Shown piece after piece: positions 9,369 to 18,810 of a stretch of DNA of 51,542 nucleotides; position 1 is the first letter of the stretch; the number at the start of each line of letters is the position of its first letter. The translations under genes and the position numbers were made by a program. This stretch comes from Abditibacteriaceae bacterium. Its GTDB lineage: Bacteria > Armatimonadota > Abditibacteriia > Abditibacteriales > Abditibacteriaceae. Location of the stretch: contig JANMKN010000255.1 of the NCBI GenBank assembly GCA_031372065.1, forward strand, positions 1 through 51,542, written 5' to 3'. The notes beneath the pieces were generated by a model. That model was given only the letters and a program-made list of their open reading frames with translations, had not been told where the DNA came from and ran no database searches.

Positions 9369-10178
9369 ATGCAGCCACTTTCAGGCATTAAAGACGAAGC
9401 CTTCCGCGCGGCCCAAGCGCTTTTGAAGCCAAACGGACGCGCCGAAACCAATTGTTACTTAGTCGAAGGCGACAATTTGGTGCGTCAGGCGCTGCAAACC
9501 TCGCTGACGCGCGCTGTTTATGCCACGCCCGAAAGCGCGCCGGATTTTTACGAAATCTGCCTGCAAAACGAAATTCCACTTTATGTTGCGGGCGGCGGCT
9601 TGATGCAAAAACTCGTCGGCACCGGCTACGAAACCGCCGTCACCGCGCTGGCGATTGTTGAGAAAAAACAAACTTATATTAACTGTTGGACGCGTGGCCC
9701 CAACGGTATTACTTTGGCTTGCGAGCGCATTCAAGACCCGCGCAATGTCGGCGTTCTCATTCGCACCGCCGAAGCCGCCGGATGCGACGCCATTCTCTTT
9801 TCCTCCGACTGCGCCGAACCGTGGCAGCGCGCCGCCGTGCGCTCTACAACAGGCTCAATTCTGCGCTTGCCAATTGGCATAGTGGACGATTTGCCAAGGC
9901 ATCTAAAGCGATTGCGCTTCGCGGAAATTCCCATCATCGCCACCTCCGCCAAAGCGCCGCAGTTGGCTTACGATGCCAATTTGCAAGCGCGCCCGCTCAT
10001 TATCGTTGTCGGCAACGAAACTGAAGGCTTAAGCGAAGCCGCGCGGGAAGCCGCCAGCGATTTTGTGGCGCTTCCGATGGCCGAAAATGGCGCCTCATCG
10101 CTCAATGTCACCGTCGCAGCAGGCGTTTTACTCTATGAAGCGGTGCGACAGGTGCTAAAAACAGCCAAAATTGACTAA
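9369..10178 (+). CDS. TrmH/SpoU family RNA 2'-O-methyltransferase
   Basis: IQDPRNVGVLIRTA, VGNETEGL, SSLNVTVAAGVLLYE. Confidence 0.92.
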   Translation: MQPLSGIKDEAFRAAQALLKPNGRAETNCYLVEGDNLVRQALQTSLTRAVYATPESAPDFYEICLQNEIPLYVAGGGLMQKLVGTGYETAVTALAIVEKKQTYINCWTRGPNGITLACERIQDPRNVGVLIRTAEAAGCDAILFSSDCAEPWQRAAVRSTTGSILRLPIGIVDDLPRHLKRLRFAEIPIIATSAKAPQLAYDANLQARPLIIVVGNETEGLSEAAREAASDFVALPMAENGASSLNVTVAAGVLLYEAVRQVLKTAKID

Positions 10179-10189
10179 TGAACGACGAG

Positions 10190-10437
10190 TTTTGGGGCAA
10201 AAGCCACTATGTTGACTCAAAAAATCACTGCTTTTGCCCCAAACTCACTGTGTTGGGCCTAAAAGCCACTGTGTTGAGAGAAAAAGCAACTGCTTTTTCT
10301 CTCAACACAGTGACTTGGGCCGAAAAGCAATTGCTTTTGACTTCAACACAGTGAGTTGGGCCAAAAAGCCACTGCTTTTTCTCTCAACACAGTGACTTTT
10401 TCTTTCAACACAGTGAGTTGGGAGTAAAAACAGTGGC
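10190..10437. repeat. Degenerate 20-21-bp period array with mixed-orientation units (array B)
   Basis: CACTG/CAGTG-type cores at 10205, 10226, 10246, 10267, 10288, 10308, 10328, 10349, 10370, 10390, 10411, 10431; perfect 22-bp inverted repeat 10267-10312; 28-bp direct repeat at 10289 and 10371. Confidence 0.88.
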
Positions 10438-10523
10438 AGAGTAGGCAGATTCAGACTACTTTTGCGCGTCCAAAACAAGAGATTCACGCAGATATTTCGC
10501 GCCAACGTGAAAGGCATCATATC

Positions 10524-10979
10524 TCACTGTAATTTGATTCTTTTAATCTCTCCAGCGGGTGTGATTTGAGCCGCTACAATATGATCACCAAAATACCAAT
10601 CCAAATTTTCAGGATTGTAATGAACTACAAAATCGCCACTCTGCCAAAACAAGATTGAGGTCATCTTGAAACACTGTCTAAATTCATCTTCGGTCAGCCC
10701 TTCGCTGTCTAATGTGTCCTCACTCCACTCGCTTTTTAACTCTTGAAGGAAATGATTTGTGACAAAGTCTTGAAACTTGGTCTTATTGAGTTGAACCATA
10801 GCGAAGTTTGAGTGAGCTTGCTCCAGAATCGCAGGCAATTCACCTTCGCTGAGGTATTGCACATCCAAAATCACCTCAATGGTTTCATTTGGGTTCAGAT
10901 GGATTGTCGAGTAAACATAGTCTGGATCATCTCTCTGCCGCAGCAAGCCAAGCACATTACTTTGAATTTCTTTGTTCAT
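10524..10979 (-). CDS. Hypothetical acidic protein, DUF2262-like (putative orphan immunity protein)
   Basis: 151 aa, visibly lower GC than flanks; C-terminal LTEDEF...SI.F...G.F..Y....YFGDH.V pattern recalled from DUF2262-like proteins. Confidence 0.55.
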   Translation of the reverse strand: MNKEIQSNVLGLLRQRDDPDYVYSTIHLNPNETIEVILDVQYLSEGELPAILEQAHSNFAMVQLNKTKFQDFVTNHFLQELKSEWSEDTLDSEGLTEDEFRQCFKMTSILFWQSGDFVVHYNPENLDWYFGDHIVAAQITPAGEIKRIKLQ

Positions 10980-11049
10980 ATTTTGAGTTCACACTTTCAT
11001 TAAGCAGATCAATTTCTATTGCTGTTAAAGCAATATGGAAATAGAAAGA

Positions 11050-12540
11050 TCACGTCAGAATATCCTTGACCACTTTGCCGTGAACGTCGGTCAGGCGAAA
11101 ATCGCGGCCTGCGTAGTGATAGGTGAGGCGTTCGTGATCGAGGCCGAGTTGGTTGAGAATGGTGGCTTGAATATCGTGGACGTGGACTTCGTTTTCGACA
11201 ACGTGAAAACCCAAATCGTCCGTCGCGCCGTAGTTGAGGCCGGGTTTGAGGCCTCCGCCGGCCATCCACATGGTAAAAGCCGACGGATGATGATCGCGGC
11301 CCATTGAACGGCCCAAAACGGCGCTGCTTTCAACCATCGGCGTGCGGCCAAATTCGCCGCCCCAGACTACCAAAGTTTCATCCAACAAGCCGCGCCGTTT
11401 TAAATCAATAATCAAAGCCGCCGATGCCTGATCGGTTTTTTCGCAGTTGTCTTTAACGTTGCCCGCGACGTTGGAATGGGCGTCCCAGCCTTCCTGATAA
11501 ATGTTGATGAAACGCACGCCGCGCTCGACCATGCGCCGCGCCAAAAGGCAAGCGCGGGCAAACGAAGGCTTGTCCGGTTCGCAGCCATAAAGCGCCAAAG
11601 TTTCGGGTGTTTCGCTTTTTAAATCCATCAAGTCGGGCGCCGATGTTTGCAGGCGATAGGCCATTTCATACGAAGCAATGCGCGTGGCGATTTCAGGGTC
11701 GCCGCTTTGCTGCATCTGCTGGCGATTTAAATCGCCGATTAAATCCAAGGTGTCGCGCTGCAATTCAGGCGAAATATCGGGCGGCAAGGCCGAATCAAGA
11801 ATCGGGCTGCTGCCGTTGCGAAAACGCGTTCCGGCGTAAACCGTTGGCAAAAAGCCGCTTGACCAGCACGCCGCGCCGCCGCTGATGCCGCTGCCGGTTG
11901 ACATCACCACAAAAGCAGGCAAATCTTTGGCTTCGCTGCCCAAACCGTAAGTCACCCACGAACCCATCGAAGGCCGTCCCGGTTGTTGAAAACCGGTGTT
12001 GAAGAAGATTTGCGCGGGTGCGTGATTGAACTGGTCGGTTTTGCACGAGCGAATAATGGTGATGTCGTCCACAATTTTCGACAAATGCGGCAACATTTCC
12101 GAAAGCTGCGCGCCGCTTTGTCCGTATTTTGCGAACTTATAACGCGGCCCCAAAACCGCTGCGTCGGGCCGGATAAAGGCGTAACGCTGCCCACCAATCA
12201 CCGAAGGCGGCAACGGTTTGCCTTCGAGTTTCGCCAGTTCCGGCTTGTAATCAAACATATCCAACTGCGAGGGCGCGCCCGCCATGAAAAGATGAATAAC
12301 CGCTTTGGCTTTGGGCGCAAAATGCGGCGCTTTGGGTGCGAACGGATTGGGCGCGGCATCCAAATTAGCCCCACCTGCCCAAAGGGCACCCGCAAGGGGG
12401 TTGGGGGTTTCTGCGGCGCGTGCGGACGACGAAAACGCATCGTTTAACAGAGAAGCGAGCGCGATTTTGCCGACGCCAATGCCGCATTCCTTGAAAAAAT
12501 GCCGACGCGTGATGCCAAGTTTTGGGTTTTGATTATTCAT
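11050..12540 (-). CDS. DUF1501 domain protein (Tat-like signal, sulfatase-associated)
   Basis: TRRHF signal; KAVIHLFMAGAPSQLDMFDYKP, GWDAH, WGGEFGRTP, GRDHHP, RLTDV; ATG at 12540 overlaps the upstream stop (ATGA). Confidence 0.9.
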   Translation of the reverse strand: MNNQNPKLGITRRHFFKECGIGVGKIALASLLNDAFSSSARAAETPNPLAGALWAGGANLDAAPNPFAPKAPHFAPKAKAVIHLFMAGAPSQLDMFDYKPELAKLEGKPLPPSVIGGQRYAFIRPDAAVLGPRYKFAKYGQSGAQLSEMLPHLSKIVDDITIIRSCKTDQFNHAPAQIFFNTGFQQPGRPSMGSWVTYGLGSEAKDLPAFVVMSTGSGISGGAACWSSGFLPTVYAGTRFRNGSSPILDSALPPDISPELQRDTLDLIGDLNRQQMQQSGDPEIATRIASYEMAYRLQTSAPDLMDLKSETPETLALYGCEPDKPSFARACLLARRMVERGVRFINIYQEGWDAHSNVAGNVKDNCEKTDQASAALIIDLKRRGLLDETLVVWGGEFGRTPMVESSAVLGRSMGRDHHPSAFTMWMAGGGLKPGLNYGATDDLGFHVVENEVHVHDIQATILNQLGLDHERLTYHYAGRDFRLTDVHGKVVKDILT

Positions 12541-15500
12541 GGTTTGGTGACATTTTCGTCCAAGTTCATCACAGCACGCGCAACGGACATCCAGATGTTT
12601 TCTTCGCTGGCACCGCGCGCTTTTTGCTGGGTGGCGAAGGTTAGCAGTTTTGATAATTCGTCTTTGGCGGGCGGGCGCGTGAGCGCGCGACGAAAGATGA
12701 AAGTAGCGCGTTGCTCCGGCGTTTTTGCTTCGGTCATGGCTAAACGCCCCAAAGCCTGCGCGGCTTCCTGAAACATCACGTCGTTTAACAAAATTAGGGC
12801 TTGCAGCGGCGTATTGGAAACTTCGCGGCGCGCAAGGCAGCTTTCGCCCGTTGGCCCATCGAAGGTGTTGAACATGGCAAAAGGCGCGGTGCGTTTCATG
12901 TAGGTGTAAACGCTGCGCCGATAGCGGTCTTCGCCACTGCTGACCGGCCATTTCATGTTGCCATAGGCCACTTCGGTCACGCCTTCGGGCTGCGGCGGAT
13001 AAACGCCGGGGCCGCCCATTTTGGGTGATAGCAAGCCGCTGCTTTTTAAAGCAGCGTCGCGGATAATTTCGGCATCCATACGAAACTTCGGGCCGCGCGC
13101 CAGCAAGATATTTTGCGGGTCTTTTTCGATAAGCTGCGGCGTGACACGCGAACTTTGACGGTAAGTCGCGCTCATCACAATGAGTTTGTGCAACGCTTTG
13201 ACATCCCAATTTTTTTGAAATTGCACTGCCAGATAATCGAGCAATTCGGGATGCGAAGGCGCTTCGCCTTGATAGCCAAAATCGTCCAAAGTGCGCACGA
13301 GACCGCGCCCGAAAAAGGCTTGCCATTGGCGGTTGACAGCCACGCGCGCCGTGAGTGGATTGCTATCAGCAAAAAGCCAGCGCGCGAAAGCCAGGCGATT
13401 CTTTGAGGCGTCTGCGGGTAGCGGCGGCAAAAACGCGGGCACGCCGGGCTGCACTTCGCCTTCGGTTTGCAAAAACTCGCCGCGATGATGCAAAAACGTT
13501 GGGCGCGGATGGTCGGCGGGCCGCTCGTGCATGACCAGCGTTTCCTGCCCGCGTGGTTCATTGCGGGCGCGTTTGATTTCTTCCATCGCGCCCGCCAATT
13601 CCGGCGCGGTTTCGAGAAATTCCTGAAAAACCTGCGTTTGCTCGGCGGCATTTCTCGTGTCGGGCGCCTTGGCTAAAATCGTTTCGATGTCGGCTTCGTG
13701 CCCGCGCGCTTCGGCAGTGGAATTTTCGCTTACCGACAAGCGAAAATGGCCTATCGGGGCTGAAAAATGGCGTTCGGACAGCATTTTTACATCGAGAGTT
13801 TTGGTGTTGAGCGGCTTTTCAAAGGTGAAAACAGCGGCGTTGGCTTGTCCTTGCGCGCCGTTGATAGACCAGCCAGACGACATATCGCCGTCTTGCGTTT
13901 GCGCGGCGCCGTTGCCTTTAGGAAACGACTGCGTGGCGTTTTTCACTTTGACGCGCTGCCCATCGGCAAAAATTTGCAGTTCGCTGAGGAAGAAATCGCC
14001 TTTTGGCCCTTCGTAGAAAACCATGCCGGGGCCACCATTGGGCAGCGAATGGTGCGGCAAAACTTCAAGGCGCAGGGCCGCCAAATTTTGCGGTAGCGCC
14101 TCGAAATGCAAATCGTAAACTTCGCTTTTTGTTGAATCGCCGCCCGCTAAAATCGAGCCGTCGGCTTGCAAATCAAGATACGGTTTGGTGCTTGCTATTT
14201 TCGTGGGCCGCACGATTTGCCACGCAGCGGCTTTGGCCGATTCTTCCTTGTTCCACAGCGCAAAACGCACCTGCATCGCTTCTTGTCGGGCGACATCGGC
14301 GGGGCGATTATCGGGCGCTTTGAATTCGCCCATACTGAGGCGCAATTTGCCGATAATATGCTGCGAACCATAATTTTGCGCCAGTTTTACGGTCCAAATG
14401 GTGCCTTGCGCGAAACCAAAAGGCTTCTCGAAAGTGACAATCGCCGTGCGATTATTATGCGCGTTGCCGCCCGAATCAATGGCCCAGCCACTTTTGGGAT
14501 CGCCGTCAATAGCGTCGCCGATGGGGAAATTCGTTTGCGAAAAATCGGCTTCGGCGCGGGTGATTTTTACGGCTTGCGATTTATCTGGCGCGTCTTGGGG
14601 CGCGGCGAAAATTTCGATTTCGTTCAACACAAAATTGCCGTGCGGCGTGCGGCCCGGCCCCGCTTCGCCGTCTTTGAGAACTTCCAATTTCAAGCGGTCA
14701 GCCGCGCCGGTTGTTTGGAAAGTGATGGTGTAAACATCTTTTTCGGGCGCCGCGCCGCCAAATTTGAGAGCGCCATCGGCCAACTTTTCAACCGGCACGC
14801 CGCTTTGCGCGCTGGCCCCGGCAACCGGCGTTTGCCAACGAGTTTCGCCTTGCAGCGGCCATTTTGAAGGCAACGCAGCCAGAAGTTTTTGAAGCTGCTC
14901 TTTCGATTGAGCGTGGCGCTGGGCCAAGCGCCCATCGGGGATTTCGTAATCCGGCTCATCGGCGTTGTTTAAAAACGCCATCAATTGAAAATATTCGGTG
15001 TGCGTAATCGGGTCGAATTTGTGGGTGTGACACTGTGCGCAGCCCGTTGTGAGGCCCAGCCAGGCGGTTCCGGTTGTCGCCACTCGGTCAACTGTCGCTA
15101 AATAACGATATTCCAGCGGGTCAATGCCGCCTTCTTCGTTGAGCATGGTATTGCGATGAAAACCCGTGGCAATATAATCATCGGGCGTGGCATTGGGCAA
15201 CATATCGCCGGCTAATTGCTTGATGGAAAATTGATCGAAAGGCAGGTTTTCGTTGAGCGCTTTGACAACCCAATCACGATACGGCCAAATGGTGCGATTG
15301 CGATCTTTTTCGTAGCCGTTGGTGTCGGCGTAGCGCGCCAAATCAAGCCAGCGCCGCGCCCAGCGTTCGCCATATTGCGGGCTTGCCAGCAATCTATCAA
15401 CGAGTTTTTCGTAGGCATCCGGCGCGGTATCTTTTGTAAAAGCATCTGCTTCTTCGGGCGTGGGCGGCAAGCCGATTAAATCGAGAGAAACGCGCCGCGC

Positions 15501-16025
15501 CAAGGTGTATTTATCGGCTTCGGGCGAAGATGTCAGACCCTCTTTGGCGAGGCGCGCCCTGATGAAATTATCAATCGGATTACCACTTTGAAAAGCAGGC
15601 ACAGCGGGTAACTTCGGCGCAACAAAAGCCCAGTGCGGCGCGTATTCGGCGCCAGATTGCACCCAATCGCGCAGGATTTTTTTCTGCGCGTCCGTCAGCG
15701 GCCTTTTGGCAGCGGGCGGTGGCATGAGTTCGTCTTCGTCGTGGCTGAAAATGCGCTTAATGAACTCGCTTTTATCGGGCTGGCCGGGCGTAATGGTTTG
15801 CAGCGCGCTTTCGCGCACATCGAAACGCAGTTTGCCCTTGCGCGCTTGCTCATCCATGCCGTGACACTTGAAACAATGCTGCGAGAGAATAGGGCGCACT
15901 TCGCTGTTGAAATCCGGCGCGGCAAAAGCGGCGCGGACCACAATGAGGATCAGAAATAACGGGAAAAATCGCATAATTGACCGATTTATTGACAAATACG
16001 GGGCATTTTTGAGGCGAAAATTCAT
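12537..16025 (-). CDS. Planctomycete cytochrome c + DUF1549/DUF1553 (PSD) domain protein
   Basis: CFKCHG and CAQCH heme motifs, NPIDNFI, WLDLARYADT, NPLTARVAVNR, TPLQAL; alternative start at 15974. Confidence 0.9.
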   Translation of the reverse strand: MNFRLKNAPYLSINRSIMRFFPLFLILIVVRAAFAAPDFNSEVRPILSQHCFKCHGMDEQARKGKLRFDVRESALQTITPGQPDKSEFIKRIFSHDEDELMPPPAAKRPLTDAQKKILRDWVQSGAEYAPHWAFVAPKLPAVPAFQSGNPIDNFIRARLAKEGLTSSPEADKYTLARRVSLDLIGLPPTPEEADAFTKDTAPDAYEKLVDRLLASPQYGERWARRWLDLARYADTNGYEKDRNRTIWPYRDWVVKALNENLPFDQFSIKQLAGDMLPNATPDDYIATGFHRNTMLNEEGGIDPLEYRYLATVDRVATTGTAWLGLTTGCAQCHTHKFDPITHTEYFQLMAFLNNADEPDYEIPDGRLAQRHAQSKEQLQKLLAALPSKWPLQGETRWQTPVAGASAQSGVPVEKLADGALKFGGAAPEKDVYTITFQTTGAADRLKLEVLKDGEAGPGRTPHGNFVLNEIEIFAAPQDAPDKSQAVKITRAEADFSQTNFPIGDAIDGDPKSGWAIDSGGNAHNNRTAIVTFEKPFGFAQGTIWTVKLAQNYGSQHIIGKLRLSMGEFKAPDNRPADVARQEAMQVRFALWNKEESAKAAAWQIVRPTKIASTKPYLDLQADGSILAGGDSTKSEVYDLHFEALPQNLAALRLEVLPHHSLPNGGPGMVFYEGPKGDFFLSELQIFADGQRVKVKNATQSFPKGNGAAQTQDGDMSSGWSINGAQGQANAAVFTFEKPLNTKTLDVKMLSERHFSAPIGHFRLSVSENSTAEARGHEADIETILAKAPDTRNAAEQTQVFQEFLETAPELAGAMEEIKRARNEPRGQETLVMHERPADHPRPTFLHHRGEFLQTEGEVQPGVPAFLPPLPADASKNRLAFARWLFADSNPLTARVAVNRQWQAFFGRGLVRTLDDFGYQGEAPSHPELLDYLAVQFQKNWDVKALHKLIVMSATYRQSSRVTPQLIEKDPQNILLARGPKFRMDAEIIRDAALKSSGLLSPKMGGPGVYPPQPEGVTEVAYGNMKWPVSSGEDRYRRSVYTYMKRTAPFAMFNTFDGPTGESCLARREVSNTPLQALILLNDVMFQEAAQALGRLAMTEAKTPEQRATFIFRRALTRPPAKDELSKLLTFATQQKARGASEENIWMSVARAVMNLDENVTKP

Positions 16026-17083
16026 TTTAATGTGACTTCTTTGCCCGTCGCGGCGCTTTTATACAAGGCTTCGAGCATTTTCATCATCGTTACGCCTTGA
16101 TTGGCATCGGGGTCGGGCGTTTTGTCGTTGAGAATGCAATGCACGAAATGCGCGGTTTGTCCGGCCCAATTGTCGAGTTTGGGCAAGTCGGGCGTGGTGA
16201 TGGTTTCGATGCCGTTGATGTCACGAAACAGGGCCGGATGCGGCCCCCAATCGAGGCCGCCTTCGCTGCCGTAAAGCTGGGCGCCCATGTGAGGCGCGCG
16301 ATTGTGCAAAGCCCACGAAACTTCGAGATTAATCGTCAAGCCATTGTCGAAGCGAATCAATCCGACAGCCAAATCTTCCACGTCGAAGGTGCCGTTGATA
16401 TTGCGCGCGCCACCGCTGCCGATGCCTTGTTTGCGCGGGCCGAATTCGGCATAAGTGGCGCCGGAAACGGCAACAGGATTCGGGCATCCGGCCAGCCACC
16501 ATGTCACGTCCAGTAAATGCACGCCGATGTCAATCAATGGCCCGCCGCCGCTTTGCGATTTATCGGTAAACCAGCCGCCATAGCCCGGAATGCCTTTTTT
16601 GCGTAGCGAAAACGCGTGGCCGTAATAAAGGCGGCCCAGTTCGCCGCTTTGCACAATTTGCTTGAAAAACAGCGAATCGGCGCGAAAGCGACTGACTTGG
16701 CCGACCATGCATTTGCGGTGATATTTCGCGGCGGCATCGGCCATTTTTTGCGCTTCCTTGGAGTTCATTGCGAGCGGCTTTTCACACAAAACGTGCAAGC
16801 CCGCTTTGAGGCATTCGATGGTGACCGGCGCGTGCTGCACATTGGGCACGGCAACAGAAACGGCGTCAAGGCTGGCTTTATCAAGCATCTCTCGGTAGTC
16901 GGAATAAATTTCGACTTCGACATTTTGCTCGCGCGCGGTTTGGCGGGCGCGTTCTTCGTCCACATCGCATAGGGCCACGATGTGCGCTGGCGGCACTTGC
17001 TTGTAGCCGCGAATGTGCGATTGCCCGATGCCCGCGCCGATAATGCCAATTCTCACTTGTTCCGACGGTTTTTCCGCTGCCAT
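16022..17083 (-). CDS. Gfo/Idh/MocA family oxidoreductase
   Basis: IGIIGAG, VLCEKPLA, SGGGPLIDIGVH. Confidence 0.92.
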   Translation of the reverse strand: MAAEKPSEQVRIGIIGAGIGQSHIRGYKQVPPAHIVALCDVDEERARQTAREQNVEVEIYSDYREMLDKASLDAVSVAVPNVQHAPVTIECLKAGLHVLCEKPLAMNSKEAQKMADAAAKYHRKCMVGQVSRFRADSLFFKQIVQSGELGRLYYGHAFSLRKKGIPGYGGWFTDKSQSGGGPLIDIGVHLLDVTWWLAGCPNPVAVSGATYAEFGPRKQGIGSGGARNINGTFDVEDLAVGLIRFDNGLTINLEVSWALHNRAPHMGAQLYGSEGGLDWGPHPALFRDINGIETITTPDLPKLDNWAGQTAHFVHCILNDKTPDPDANQGVTMMKMLEALYKSAATGKEVTLK

Positions 17084-17253
17084 GAAAGCGATTCCTTGTA
17101 ACTTAAAACCTCGTTGCATTGTAGCAATCGCCGCGCAGGGCGCAAAGGGAAAAAGCCGCGCGCTTTTAATAATTGCCCGATTCGATGAAAATAATTACGC
17201 GGCGAATGTAGGATTGCGGTCTGCCGTGTCCAAACGACAACGCAGAAACTTTC

Positions 17254-18810
17254 ATGTCCTTGCCCTATAGCGCCCTGCGCGACGAAAAAGACGATTTGCA
17301 AGACAACTCGTTTTTGCCGCGCTTGTATTTGCCGCTCCTCATGGCGCTTTGCATTGGCATTTCGTGGCGCGTATTGGGTGGTGGCTCCGATTTCTGGGCG
17401 CACGCTGCCATTGGCCGCTGGATAGAAAGTAACGGCGTGCCCCATCAAACGCTGTTTTTATGGAGCGCCAGGCAAGATTGGATAGCTCATTCGTGGCTCT
17501 CGCAGCTTTGGTTTTACTTTTTGCTGAAATGGGGTGGCCCACTGTGGGGGCCGGTCTGGGCGCTGTTTTTTGCGGGCGCGATGACAGCGCTGACAATAGC
17601 CGTTTTGTGGCGCGCCTGGACGCTGCGCGGACGCGTGACGATTTTAACACCGCTGTTTTTTGCTTTAGCTATTTGGTGCGGTTCGCCGCGTTCGCGTCCG
17701 CGTCCCGAATTGTGGAGCGGCCTCTTTTTCGCGCTTTTGCTGGCGTATTTGCTGCATTTTCAAGAGATACGCAAAGTCACGCCGCGCACTCTTATCGCTT
17801 TGGTGTTGATGTTTGTGCTGTGGACAAATTTTCACGGCGGCGTGGCGGCGGGCTTGCTGCTGATTGCTATTACGGCCTTCGTGGATGTTTTGCAGGAGCG
17901 CCGCGAAACGGGAAACTGGAAATATTCGCCTTTGATTTCGTTGCTGCTTTGCTGCGTTTTGGCGGTTTGCGTGAACCCGTTTGGTTTGCATTATTTTTGG
18001 GCGTTGCTGCCGGTGAGCGGCGAAATGTTCAAATACATTGACGAATGGAAACCGGTATGGAAAGCGCCGGTGATGGACCCGGTTTTTACGATGACTGGCG
18101 CGCTTCTGGCGATGTTCGCGCTTCTGGCGTGGCTGAACAACGAAAAACGGCGCTGGGCGCAGGGCGTGTGGATTTTGGTGTGGGCCTTATTGCTGCTGAG
18201 TGCGCGGCGGCACATGTGGATGTGGACTTTGGTTTCTCTGGCCGTTTTAGCCGCAAATTCCTCTGGCGTGGATTCCAAAGTTTTTTGGAGCGCCTTTCGT
18301 GGCAGGCGGAAAATGGGAGCAGCGCCAACACTGCAAATAATTTTAATCGCGCGCGTGGCAATGGTCATTTTTTTAGCAGTTGTTATCGTGCTGCAAACGC
18401 CGTCGGCCATTCGCGAATCTTGGCCACCTAAAGCGAGAGCGCACAATTTTCCCGAAGCGGCAGCGCGACGTTTTGCGCAAGTGGCGAAAGGGCGCCGCGT
18501 ATTCAACGACTATGAGTTCTCCAGTTATTTGCAATGGCGCTGCGCGGGCCAACCGCCGCTGTATATTGATTTGCTGAATGCTTATCCTGACCGCTTACTC
18601 ACTGAAGATTATTTCAATATTTTGAAGGCGACGCCCGCAGGCCGCACTCTTTTGCGAGATTTGAAAATCAATGCTGTCTTTTTGCGACCTCACGCTAAGA
18701 AAGATGGCATGGCGAAGCTGGCGGCGTATCTGGATAAGCAGCGGCAATGGCACCGCGTTTACCAAGGGCCGGATGGCACAATTTGGCTCAAAAACACAGC
18801 AAAAAAATGA
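17254..18810 (+). CDS. Polytopic membrane protein, GT-C (lipid-linked glycosyltransferase)-like
   Basis: About 12 hydrophobic segments; DFWAH..GRWI, HSWLSQ, RPELWS, WTNFHGG, NPFG, EWKP, VFNDY. Confidence 0.6.
   Translation: MSLPYSALRDEKDDLQDNSFLPRLYLPLLMALCIGISWRVLGGGSDFWAHAAIGRWIESNGVPHQTLFLWSARQDWIAHSWLSQLWFYFLLKWGGPLWGPVWALFFAGAMTALTIAVLWRAWTLRGRVTILTPLFFALAIWCGSPRSRPRPELWSGLFFALLLAYLLHFQEIRKVTPRTLIALVLMFVLWTNFHGGVAAGLLLIAITAFVDVLQERRETGNWKYSPLISLLLCCVLAVCVNPFGLHYFWALLPVSGEMFKYIDEWKPVWKAPVMDPVFTMTGALLAMFALLAWLNNEKRRWAQGVWILVWALLLLSARRHMWMWTLVSLAVLAANSSGVDSKVFWSAFRGRRKMGAAPTLQIILIARVAMVIFLAVVIVLQTPSAIRESWPPKARAHNFPEAAARRFAQVAKGRRVFNDYEFSSYLQWRCAGQPPLYIDLLNAYPDRLLTEDYFNILKATPAGRTLLRDLKINAVFLRPHAKKDGMAKLAAYLDKQRQWHRVYQGPDGTIWLKNTAKK

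Noticed and set aside
12541..13326. N-terminal 262 aa of the 758-aa ORF
   Set aside because: Out-of-frame overlap with the DUF1553 gene; the DUF1501 protein starts at 12540 with a Tat-like signal
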